Shown here: piece after piece, positions 12,626 through 24,825 of the stretch
Numbering within the stretch: position 1 is the stretch's first letter
How the letters are laid out: every line of letters starts with the position of its first letter
NCBI RefSeq assembly: GCF_009914755.1
Contig: NC_060936.1
Strand: one strand, 5' to 3'
Length of the DNA: 64,000 bases
Source of the DNA: the human T2T-CHM13v2.0 reference genome, Homo sapiens
Translations under genes and position numbers: made by a program
Notes under the pieces: generated by a model
Told to the model about the DNA's origin: nothing
Seen by the model: the letters and a program-made list of their open reading frames with translations, nothing else
The model's database searches: none

Positions 12626-12872
12626 GAGACGATAAGGCATAGTGCCTCTATGTCAAAACATGTAGGCACCAGCTATTGAGAGTTCAGACAATTGTTTTTT
12701 CCAAGTCAGAGAAGTGGTGTGCTTTGACAATTTGTTCTAAGACAATATGGAAGTGAATATTTCTTACTTCTGCTTTTGCTATCAGCATGTCATGGCCAAA
12801 GATAGGACTTAGATGAGTGTCTAAAGCAGAGATTCAATAAAATATAAGCAATGCGTGTAAGCCCTGTGTGCC

Positions 12873-12880
<8 letters not shown>

Positions 12881-12920
<40 letters not shown>
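12881..12920. repeat. (TA)20 microsatellite
   Basis: Perfect TA run following (TG)n. Confidence 0.97.
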
Positions 12921-12925
<5 letters not shown>

Positions 12926-13052
12926 TTTTTTTTCTGGAGAGTCCATAGAATCCATCAGATTTTTAAAGAAAATGGAGACCAATAAACATAGAGAACTATA
13001 GTTCTAAGAGAACATGGGTTTTTCCTGACCACTCAATCTCATTATCTCATTA

Positions 13053-13442
<390 letters not shown>

Positions 13443-14844
13443 TTATTTGTTTCCCATCTGCTTCTCTGATTTGAATGTCGGCTGTGTGAGGGAAGGGATT
13501 TTGGTTTGAGAATACTTTCCTCACTGTAGTATTCTCAGTACCCAGTGCAGTATCTAGTTCATGGTAAGTGTTCAATAAGCAATTGATGCATAGATGCTTG
13601 GAGTAACAAATATGAATTAAAATATCCTAGTATTATGTTTTGGAGTGCTTGTACTCAAGATTGGTTTTTAAAAAGGAGGGCTTCTACTTTGATTACAGCC
13701 ACAAGTGGGGAACTGCAATTAACTTACAATCACCAGTTCTATCAATATTAATCATATTTTTCAATGAAAATAATAGCTAGCATTTACTGAGTGCTTATAA
13801 CTTTCCAGGCACTGTGCTAATCTTGGTTAGGAGCTTTTGTTTAAACAATTTATCTGCAAAGCAGCAAGCTCAATAGAAACACCTCGACTTTTTTTTCCTA
13901 CAGTAAGATCACTAAAGAATTTTAATCCTTATAGATTAGGCAGACATGGCCTGTGCAACCTTAAACCATAGCCCTGTCCCTCTTGTTTTAAGCAGCATCT
14001 AGCAGAACTTTTATAGAAATGTGTGTTGGGTTTGTTGTATATCTTTAACGCTCAGCATAACACTTTTTTTTAGGTCCACATCTGTCTACAATCACCCTAC
14101 GACCCTATCCAGTGACTGGTGGTGGTGGAGTGTAGAGGATTGTTGGATACTAAGAATGACGATGGGGAATTATGATACTATGGAGTATGAATGCTAGATC
14201 TTTCCATCATGCAGTGCACACATAACATGCCTATTTATTTATTTCAAAAAATTGTCACTGATGGGTAAACTCAGGTAGATTATTATCGTTGTAGAAGTAA
14301 TTCAGCAAAAGAAGAAACTCTAGATCTAGCAAACAATGGGGTGTTACCCACCTCTGTTTCCAATTCATTTTATTAAGTAGAAGAACAATAGCAAAGAACA
14401 ATCACTAATCAATAAATATTAATTGAATGCCTATTATTTACCAGACACTGTTTTAGCCTAAGATTCTAGAAGTAATTAACTCTAATTTAATATAGACCTC
14501 TGATCTGAAGAGGTCTATATTCCTTAGTGGAAAACAATACAAATCATTTATTGACATTTATTTTGGACATAGGCATTGTACCAAACACTTTATTAATATT
14601 AACTGATATCAGTTAACTGACGTTAACTGGTTTAATCTTAATAACAATTCCAGAAAGTAGGTACTGATATTCTTCCCATTTAAAGGCCATAAAACTGAGG
14701 TTCACGGAGATTAAGCAATATGCCTAAGGTCATTCAAACTTAGGTCCAGATAGCTCCCAAGACTCTTTTATTAACCACTATGTTGTATTGCCACCATTTG
14801 TTTGTTATTAAATGAAGGACTAAATTTCTCATTAAATTACCAAG

Positions 14845-15366
14845 AGTAGATCTGTTAGCTATTGCTGCATAACCATCACCAAATCCCAGTGCCATATAAC
14901 AATAAGCATTTATTCCTCCCATATCTGCAGGTTCCTTGGGGACAGCTCTACTGATCTCAGCTGGGCTTGCTCATATGTGTCTGCAGATTGCCTGGAAGTA
15001 GGTTGATCTAGGCTGGGCTTAACTGAATAGCTTTTGCATCAAGTTTTAAGTCCTCAATCCAGTTGGCTATCTCTGCTCTGTGCATCTATAGTCCTTTTGG
15101 GACCAATGATCTATCTAGGACATGCACTTCTCGTAAAGATTGTGAAGGTGGAAGAAGACAAGCCATGTGGTGCAAGCACATTTCAAGTCCTTGTTTATGT
15201 CACATCTGTTAACATCCCATTGGCTGAAATAAGTCACATGGCTGAACCTCAAGTCAATGGATGAGGAAGTGCACTTAGTGTGTACACTTAACTGCAAAGT
15301 TAGATGGCAAGGGGCACAGATAGAGGAATACAGTTAAAATCTAAGCTGATAATTCAATCAACTACA
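14845..15366 (-). mobile_element. Old MLT1 (G/H-like) LTR
   Basis: TTAGCTATTGCTGCATAACC...CAATAAGCATTTATT...CCCATTGGCTGAAATAAGTCACATGGC...CTACA. Confidence 0.75.
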
Positions 15367-15439
15367 GAGTAGAAGATAGTTTTTATTATAGAGCTGCTGC
15401 AGGAATTTGAAACATGGCTATTGAAGTCTTAAACTCTTT

Positions 15440-15920
15440 TTCTAGAATTTAAATATAAGAACTCAATCAGCAAAGTGACTTAGAACATACAGATGTCTGT
15501 CATAGCTTTATTCACTCACACCAGCAAACAATTGCAAAATACCTGTGTGTCAAAAATTAACAATGATTAACTTAATTACATCTCATTTATAGACTGGAAT
15601 ATTTTGTAGTTATTAAAAGTTTTGTGTTTTGGAAAAGCATTTAAAAGAATAAATTGCATATGATATAAAGTTGAGTGGGAAAAATGCTGGATATAAAACT
15701 GCAAAGGTAATATGATCTTAATTGGTGAACATTCAACACATAAACACACACACAAACAACATATACACGCAACATATACACACATACAGACCAAAATAAA
15801 ATTGACAAAAATAACAGTGGCTATCTCTAAGAGATGCCATTAAGGTTGACTTTAATTTTTTTCTTTAGTCTCTTTTTTAATGCCAAATTTTTTTATAATG
15901 AGCAAACTCTATGAACAAAC
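15440..15920 (+). mobile_element. Ancient L1 (L1ME-like) 3' fragment
   Basis: Degenerate L1ME 3' UTR features (GGAATATTTTGTAGTTATTAAAA...AATAACAGTGGCTATCTCT). Confidence 0.55.
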
Positions 15921-18022
15921 CACACAAGATGTGCTACTTTAAAAAATCTGTCAAAGACACTAATTTTGAGTGGTCTGAAAAGTATCTTCTATAGAGAAAA
16001 GTCAAGTCACCAGCAAAGATTATGAAATAGAGAAAAAAATTACAATGAATGGTGATATAAATTGGGCATTCAACGTAATCAAATATATTGTGGCATATGT
16101 AAATACTTCCAATTTATAATTTTATAGACGTCTCAACATACTACACACATAAACAATTTTGATTGCATGGGACAATTATACACGCAGATTTGGAAGTCTA
16201 AAGTTGATCAATATTATCTGGATGGACAATAAGCTCATAATGTAGCATAATGGATTTTTAAAATGCAGCATAAATCTGCTTTAAAAAGTATCTAGGCAGC
16301 CAATATTAAGACACAGCCACCAGTTTCTAGACTGTGACTTCATGTCAGCACCTCACAGAATCAGCAAGTGCAGGAACTTACACAATGAGTACCTTGCTAT
16401 GGGGCAGAAAATAAGTTCCTAGGATCTTGTTAAAGTACCCTTGTATTCAAACTGACAGATCAGGATGGTTGTTTTTCTTTTTAAAACAGGAAAGAAGATG
16501 GAAATGTTCAACCAGGCTCCTTCTCCCAAAATGTAGAACTAGTTTATGGAAAAATACAAAAAGTATGAGTTAAGGAAGGCGCCTTTTTAAGCAAAAGCAG
16601 ACAGATGGAGTGGCTGATGTACAGACAGACTTTGGATACATCAATTAACGAGAGCCATTCATTCTAGCAGCTCTAAGCCTTTGTCCTTGTGGAAAGTGGG
16701 ACTGCTTTCTGAGGCTAAAGCAAATAAATTGGATGGATTAATCCCTGAATTGGAGGCCCAGGAAATAAAGAAGTCAATAAAGGAGAGCTTAGGGTACATT
16801 ACTATTTAGTACCCCCTCACACACTTTTTAAAAGCCAACTTGGAATTTTGTTGAGTTATTCATCCCTACTGCTCTTCTGCTTCTGACATCTTAAAATTAA
16901 TAAGTAATAAAAACAGATATAGAAGCTAAAATAATTTCACATTATTCACGCATGTATTTATTCCTGCCTTCACTGAATATAATTGCCACACACCTACTGT
17001 GTTTCTGGCCCAGATGGAAGAAACTGAAGTTATGCTTTACATGCTGTGTCATTTTAACATTCTCAAAATCTCACTAAAAATGGGATCCGTTAGATCAATT
17101 CAAGAATAGATAAAACCAAAACAGAACAAAAATACCAGCAGAACCAAAGGTAACTCAAAGATGCTGCACCAGTGTAGTTAGCACACTCAATTCAGTTCAA
17201 TTCAATTTGTAAAAATAAAGTTAGAAGGGTTCTTAAATAACTTTGACCTTAAATAACAACATTCAGTCTTTAATCCAGTTTGAGTGTTTGTCGAGGAATC
17301 CTGCCATAAAAATGTTTGACTCTCTGTAATTGGTGGTTGGGAAGATTAGAAAGACAGTGAATCTTTGGTACCTATTTTCTGAATTGGGTGAATGAATGAA
17401 AGAATAACTGAAAAGTTAAATATTGTTAATAAAGCCAGATTTCTTCACAAAGGGTCCAGACACATGACAACCCATGATGTGGAAACGATCTAATAATAGC
17501 AAACGATGACAAGCATTTAATGAGTTCTTATTATGTCCTAAGCATCATTCTAAGTTACTCCACATAAGCTAAGTTGTTTCATTCTCACATAATAACTCTA
17601 TGGGATAATAGTACTATTATCCCAACCACATTTTATTATTGAAGAAACTGACACACAGAAGGAGAAAGGTCACAAAGTTAAGTGTGGCAATCAGAATGGA
17701 CGTGCATTGTCGCCCAGCCTTACTATTATCCTCTATATCCTCTCATTATTTCAGTCAATTCCTTCAATAATTATGTAAAGTATAATTTAATCAAAGAGAA
17801 AACTAAGCTCAGAGAAGTGACCAAGGTAGGATTTGAACTCAGGACTAAAGTCTTAACATTTCTCTTCAGTAAGGTTATCTTCACACTCAAAGCCATTATC
17901 CCTTATGGAACTTTTGGTAGTCAATCTAAAATTGTTCCTTTAGAACTTTGTACAAGAGATCATTGTCATCCTGGGTGTTCTTTGTATTCTTCATACTAGA
18001 AATCCATAACACGCCAAATGCC

Positions 18023-18043
18023 CTTAGAACCATGGACAGCACC
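18023..18043 (+). promoter_or_regulatory. RE1/NRSE (REST binding site)
   Basis: CTTAGAACCATGGACAGCACC matches NTYAGMRCCNNRGMSAG with no mismatch and 17/21 of TTCAGCACCATGGACAGCGCC. Confidence 0.75.
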
Positions 18044-18068
18044 CAGGTTTTACAAATGTCTTCTCCAG

Positions 18069-18140
18069 GCTTCAGAAGGAAGGTGGTGGACATTCTTTCC
18101 ATCATGACACAAACCAACAATTACATACCAGGCTTTGTTG
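18069..18140 (+). other. Candidate exon (72 nt), host transcript unknown
   Basis: tgtcttctccag acceptor, TTG/gtgaga donor; open in phase 1-1 (GFRRKVVDILSIMTQTNNYIPGFVG); no homology recognised. Confidence 0.25.
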
Positions 18141-18318
18141 GTGAGAAAGCAAGGTGGCCCACCTGGAGATTTATGCCGAAACAACCACTTTACAACACAA
18201 CCCACGGAGTCCTTGACGTTGGCTTGGTTTGTCAATCCCACCACCTCATACCATTTAGAAACTTATCAGCTATTTCTAGATAACTGGGTGTTTTAGTTTC
18301 CTGTAGATAAAACTGAAG
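18135..18318 (+). repeat. Local duplication, copy 1 (partner 20545-20727)
   Basis: Manual alignment gives ~21 substitutions plus 1 indel in 184 bp (~88%). Confidence 0.95.
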
Positions 18319-18433
18319 GCTAAATTGAATATATGACTAAGTTATTTACTATGAGGAATCTTAGTCCAGGAAAACCTCTCAAAATACACAAATGTCTGAG
18401 AGATGTAATATATTTAATTAATCCCTTACTCCT

Positions 18434-18605
18434 TTTATTTTTATTTTTTATTTTTTCAGAGACAAGGTCTTGCTTTGACACCCAGGCTGGAGTGCAGTAG
18501 TGCAATCAGAGGTCATTACAGCCTCCAACTCCTGGGCTTAAGTGATCCTCCTGCCTCATCCTCCCAAGCAGCTGGAGCTACAAGTGTGCACCATCATGCC
18601 TGGCC
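18434..18605 (-). mobile_element. FRAM/AluJ monomer
   Basis: Single Alu arm with T-rich tail. Confidence 0.85.
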
Positions 18606-19977
18606 CCTTTATTCCTAAACGTTTCTTCATGAAGGAAGATACAAATTTACATGAGCCCATGCTCTTCACATGGGTAAGGGGAAAACAGAGAGAACTCACA
18701 GGGCACCCACATATTGTGCTTTATCATTTGACCTAGGAACAGTCTTGAATAGGCAGCTTGGGTTTCTACTCCCAGAAAATACTTTGACATACATTAATTT
18801 ATTCACTTAAAACTCATTATTTCCTGGGTTTCCATGCAGTGTCTCTGAAACTCACTCTTCCCCCTTTATTCTCACAATATTGTAAATATCCTTAATATAA
18901 TCTATCCTGCAATTTCTTATTGCTGCATGCCCTCCTTCCTTCTTGGAGTGTGAGCTCTTTGGTGACAGGGACTACATATGCTTTCTCATCCTTCCAGCAC
19001 CTGTAACTGTTTCTGGCATATGTCGAGTAATCGATAAAAAACTTTAAGATCTGCTAATGAATCAAGTTATCGGTGATTGTGCCTGGTATCTTTCATTTAT
19101 TTATACATTTATCTGTGTGTGTATTTGTACATCCACCCATGAATTTATCAAAGCATCATCCATTCATTCACCCACCCACCCATTTTTCTCCATGATCTCA
19201 CCCCATTAACAATTTGTAGAAAATAGTCTGACAAATTCACCCAAAAAGGCAGTAAAGGAAAAGGATTTTCCATCCATTATCCATTCTTTTTTTCTGCCTT
19301 AATTTTCCTTTCTACCATCTCTCCTGCATATCTCTTCCTCTGTCTCTGGAGAGTTACAGGAGTGAAAACGAGATGGGTCCTGAGAGTTGGTATGGGGAGT
19401 AAATTGCTTGGTGACAGCTTGGTTCCAGGGACGGATGAAAACCTTAGCCTTAAGCAAAGTTCAGGGAAGCCCAAGGAGAGAGCTGATGGACAGTCTGACT
19501 TGTTGAGGGTGAAATCAATTAAAGTACATCAAATCCAGAATTCATGCTTTCTCAGAGTGACAAATCTATGCTGGAAACTGAGAAAGACGAAAGGAGAAAA
19601 TTGCCTTTGACCTTTTGAAGACCGGCTGTTCCTTCTGTCAGGGGAGCCAGGCCTGGAGTGAGATGCGTTCATGATGAATTATAACAGCCAGCCACCTTAA
19701 AAAAGAACGGGGTGAAAAGGTTACCAAAGAGAACCAAAATGTGAGGAATTCAACCAAACATCAAGATAAATCAACTCAGGGCCAGGAGTATTTGTGCCAT
19801 GCCTGCTCAGAGCCGCTATGGACAAGCTCAGTTTGTTAGTTCAGCTCTTTGAAGCATGATATGTAGACACACTTGCATGTTCACACACATTGTTTGCTAA
19901 ACTGTGGGAAGGTAATCAGAAGAGAAGAGCCACGAGGTTGTCAATCTAGCATCAGAAATTTGGTGGCATAGGATTTC

Positions 19978-20180
19978 TCTACAATGCTGTCCACTAAAAC
20001 TTTTTGTAATGATGAAGATATCCTATAGCCAAGCTGACCAATACAATAGACATTAGTCATATGTGACTGTTGAGCACTTGAATATGGGTAGTGAAATTGA
20101 AGAACTGAATTTTTATTTTTAGATTTTAATTATTTTAAATTTAAGTAGCTGCAGATGGCTAAAATTGAATGGTGAACTTC
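19978..20180. mobile_element. MER3/MER33-type hAT MITE
   Basis: CAATGCTGTCCACTAAAACTTTTTGTAATGATGAAGAT...CATATGTGACTGTTGAGCACTTGAATATGG. Confidence 0.8.
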
Positions 20181-20544
20181 CAGGACAAAGGATGTTTTTG
20201 CCTTCAACAATATCGGAAAAGCAGGGGTGAGTGGAATGTCAGATTGCAATGCAATTGCTTGTGTTTCTGCGGAGTTCATGGAAGAAACTCATTATACTCA
20301 TTTGTAATGCTTGATGGTAAATTTGATTTTCTCTTTAGAATGTAGAGATTAAATCTTGGTTTAAAACTGCCTCTCTGTGAGCAGTTTCTCCATCAGTGAA
20401 ACGGGTGTAATTTCAACTCGTTGAGAGTGCTCAGTTATGCAATATATGCAATGTTTCTTATCTGTGTCTGAAAACAGTTAATAAAAGGTTGCTGTGCTTG
20501 ACGCTATTACTATTATTAGTATTGTGATTTAAAAACAAAGGAGG

Positions 20545-20727
20545 TTGTTGGTGAGAAAACAAGTTGTTCCACCTGGAGATTTATGCTGAAATAACCACTT
20601 TACATCACAACCCACGGAGTCCTTGATGTTAGCTTGGTTTGTCAATCCCACCACCAGATACCATTTAGAAAATTGTCATCTGTTCCTGGATAACTGGTGT
20701 TTTCGTTTCCTAGAGATCAAACTGAAG
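20545..20727 (+). repeat. Local duplication, copy 2 (partner 18135-18318)
   Basis: Offset 2410 bp from copy 1, same orientation. Confidence 0.95.
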
Positions 20728-21770
20728 ATTGAAGAACAGAAATCATTTGTTGACAATTGTCCTAGTTTCTTACTGGTTCCTCACTGAGGGGAATTTTCCA
20801 AATAACTATGATTTGCATTCTTCAGCATCCAGATTAATATTACCTTTGCCAAATTTGAGTCATTTTGCCTGAAAAGCATTCTTACCAAGTTTTACCAAGT
20901 TTTAATATTTCCTGTCTTTAGAAAAAAAATATACAACAAGACTTAACCTTTTAAAATTTTTTTCTGAAACACACACACACACATCCATATGCACACAAGC
21001 ACACACACACACACACTTACCCAGAGGCATAAAATTTACATAACATAAAATTAACTTTTGGTTGCTTCCACCTTTTGGTTAATGTGGATAGTGCTGTTAT
21101 GATACAATAAGCTGTTCAATAATTCGTTTCAGTACCTGTTTTCAATTCTTTTCGGTATATACCTATGAGTAGAATTGCTGGATTGTATGTTAATTCTATG
21201 TTTAACATTTTGAGGAATTGCAAAACTGTTTTCCATAATGGCTGCATCATTTTACACTCCTACCAGCAATGTAATGCTCACCAACACTTGTTATTCTCCT
21301 TTTAAAAAAATTATAACTATCCTAGTGGGGGTGAAGTGGTATCTCATTGTGTTTTTTTATTTGCATTTCCCTAACAAGTAATGATATTGAGCATCTTTTC
21401 ATGTGCTTATTGGCTGTTTGTATATCTTATTCAGAGAAATGTCTATTCAAGTTATTTACTTATTTTATTGCCTAATTGCTCTGGCTAGAATTTCTCATGC
21501 AACATTAAATGGCAGTGATGAAAGTGGACACCCTTGCCTTATTCCTGATTTTAGGAAGAAAGCTTTCAGTCTTTCATAATTCTCTGTGATTCTTACTGTG
21601 GGGTTTTCATAAGCGTTCTTTCTCAATTTAAGGAAATTCCCTTCCATTCCTAATTTTATGAGTATTTTAAAAAATTATCAAAGGTATTGGATTTTGTCAA
21701 ATGCTTTTTCTGGGTTGTATGAGATTACATATTTTTTCTTTGTTCTATCAAAATGTTGCATTACATTGGT

Positions 21771-21817
21771 TTTCTTTTTCTTTTCTTTTTTTTTTTTTTT
21801 GAGACGGAGTCTTGCTC
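21771..21817 (-). mobile_element. Severely 5'-truncated Alu (tail plus ~17 bp) inside L1
   Basis: T tract followed by GAGACGGAGTCTTGCT. Confidence 0.75.
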
Positions 21818-22624
21818 TTGGACTCCTTGAACCACCCTTGGACTCCTGGGGTAAATACCACTTGGTCATGGTGCATAAACCTTTTAATAAGCTGTTGAAT
21901 TTTGTCTGCTGGTATTTTGTTATGGATTTTTGCATCTGCATTAATTGGTGTGTAATGGCATCTTTGTCTAGTTTTGATATCAGGGCAATATTACATTCAT
22001 AGAATAAGTCAGCATGCATTTCCTTCTCTTCTCTTTTTTTTCTTGGAAAAGATTGAAAAAACTTGATGTTATTTCTTCTTTAAACATTTGGTAGAATTCA
22101 CAGGTGGAGACATAATCTTTTTTTTTTTAATTCAGTCTCTTTACTTGTTGTGTTATAGGTTTGTGCAGATTTTCGTTTTCCTCTTGAGTCAGTTTTAGTA
22201 ATTTGTGTGTTTCTAGGGATTATTATACTTCATGTAGGTTATATAATTTGTTGGCATACTGTTTGTTGGCATGTTGTTCATAGTATTCTCTAAAAAGCCT
22301 TTTTATTTCTGTAAGGTGGATAGTAATGTCTCCACTTTTATTTCTGATTTTAGTTATTTGCATCTTTTATTATTTTCTTTTCTGTTTTTTTTTTTGTTGT
22401 TGTTTTGTTTTTGTCAGTCCAGCTAAAGGCTTGTCAATATTCTCAACCTTTCCAAAGAACCAATTTTTGGTTTTGTTAATTCTCTTCATTGTTTTCCTGG
22501 TCTCTTTTGTTTATCTCTTCTTTTGTTTTCTTCCTGTCATTATCTCTCTTCTTCATCTAATTTTTAGTAAAGTTTGTTCTTATTTTTCTAGTTCCTTAAG
22601 ATGTAAAGTTTGGTTATTAATTAG

Positions 22625-22917
<293 letters not shown>

Positions 22918-23964
22918 TAATTAGAGATTTGTTTTAAAGAAGGTGTTTATAGCTATAAAATTCTCTCTGAGCACGGCTTTCACTGCATCCCATAAGTTTT
23001 GGTATTTTATGTTTTTGTTTTCATTCGTTTCAAAATATTTTACAATTTTCTTGGGATTTATTCTTTGAGTGTGTTGTTTAATTTTCACATATTTGTGAAT
23101 TTTCCAGTTTTCCTTCTGTTATTGATTTATAGTTTCAAGTCATTGTGGTCAGAGAAGATGCTTTGTATGATTTCAGAAGTTTTAAATTTATTGAGAATTC
23201 TGTGTGGCCCAATAGATGGTCTATCCTGGAGAATGTTCCATGTGTACTCCTGATCCTGTTGGGTGGAATGTTCTATATATGTCTGTTAGGTATATTTGAT
23301 TTATGGTGTTAAATCATCCATTTCTTACTGATCTTCTATTGAAGGTTCTATTCATCATCAGAAGCGAGGTATTGAAGTGTCCAACTAGTACTGTAAAACT
23401 GTCTATTTCTCTCTCAATTCTTTCACTGTTTTTCTTATATATTTTGGGGCTTTTGTTATTTTGTGTGTATATATTTATAATTGTTACATCTTCTTGATGA
23501 ATTTACTCTATTCTCAATATATAATGACGTTCTTTTCTTTGGGGGTGGGGGGTCTGCTTCTGAGAGTAGATAAGTCTGGTCTCTTGGCCCAGCCTGTCTC
23601 CCTGGGGTATGGTGGGGAAGGGGTGTCACATTTCCTCTTTGCTCTCTTTCTTTACTCTTGAAAGATACCATTTTTATATTTAGCTTCCTCAATGAGTTTT
23701 TGGGTTTGGGGACATTTTCTTCAGATGTGATAATCTTCTACACTAACTGTGGGTCTCTTGTTCCTATAAGTTTAAACACTTAATTCAATATTCTCTCTCT
23801 CTCTCTCTTTCTCTTTCTGTCTCTCTTTTTCTTATTGCTTTTAACCAGATATCACTAGCAATATCATTAGTAAGAGTCACATGTGAGCCTAATTATTTGC
23901 TTCTCCAAATATATACAATAAATTTGAAATTGTCTTAAACCAATAAATCTATTTTTCATGTCAG

Positions 23965-24825
23965 ACTTAATTTTAAGTTTTATTTTAATTTTAATTTACA
24001 CATAATGCTTGCACATATATAAGGAGTACAATGTGATGCTTTGGTACATATATACATTGGTACATATGTACATATACGGTACATTTGGTACGTATTTATA
24101 CTGTTTATATATATATATATATAAAACAATAGGTAATTAATTTATTCATCACCTCAAACATTTATCATTTCCTTTAGTTGAGGACATTCAAAATCCTCTT
24201 TTCTAGTTATTTTGAAATATGCAATACAATACAATATTGTTAACTATAGTCACCCTACTGTGCAATAGACCACCAGAACTTATTCTCCTACCTATCTGTA
24301 ATTTTGTTCCTACTGACTAATCTCTCCTCATCCCCTACCCTCCCCAGACTTTATTAACCACTATTCTACTCTGTACTTCTATGGGATCAGATTTTTAAAA
24401 TTCTTCAAGTGAGTGAGATCATGGAGGTATTTATCTTTTTGTTTCTGGCTTATTTCACTTAACATAATGTCCTCTAGATGCATCCATGTTGCCATAAACG
24501 ACAGAGTTTCAGTTTTTTTTAAATAGCTGAATAGTATTGCATTGTGTGCATGTACAACACATTTTTCTTATCCATTCACCCATTGATGGCACTTTGATTG
24601 AATCACTAGGCTTTTGTGGACAGTGCTGTAATAAACATGGGAGTGTAGATATCTCTTTGACGGACTGATTGCATATCCTTTAGATAAATACTCAGTAATG
24701 GGATCGCTGGGATCATATGGTGGTCCTGTTTTTAACTTTTTGAGGAACCGCCATACTGTTTTCCATAATGGCGGTACTAATTTACAGTCTCACCAACAGC
24801 ATGTAAGAATTCCCATTCCTCCACG
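23965..24825 (-). mobile_element. L1MA-type 3' end inserted into the older L1
   Basis: L1MA 3' UTR (TTAACTATAGTCACCCTACTGTGCAATAGA...CTGGCTTATTTCACTTAACATAATGTCCTC). Confidence 0.85.

Noticed and set aside
18162-18300. Minus-strand exon reading KWYEVVGL (lipocalin-like) in the duplicated element
   Set aside because: It lacks the Gly of the GxW motif, and all minus-strand frames between the putative splice sites contain stops shared by both copies.
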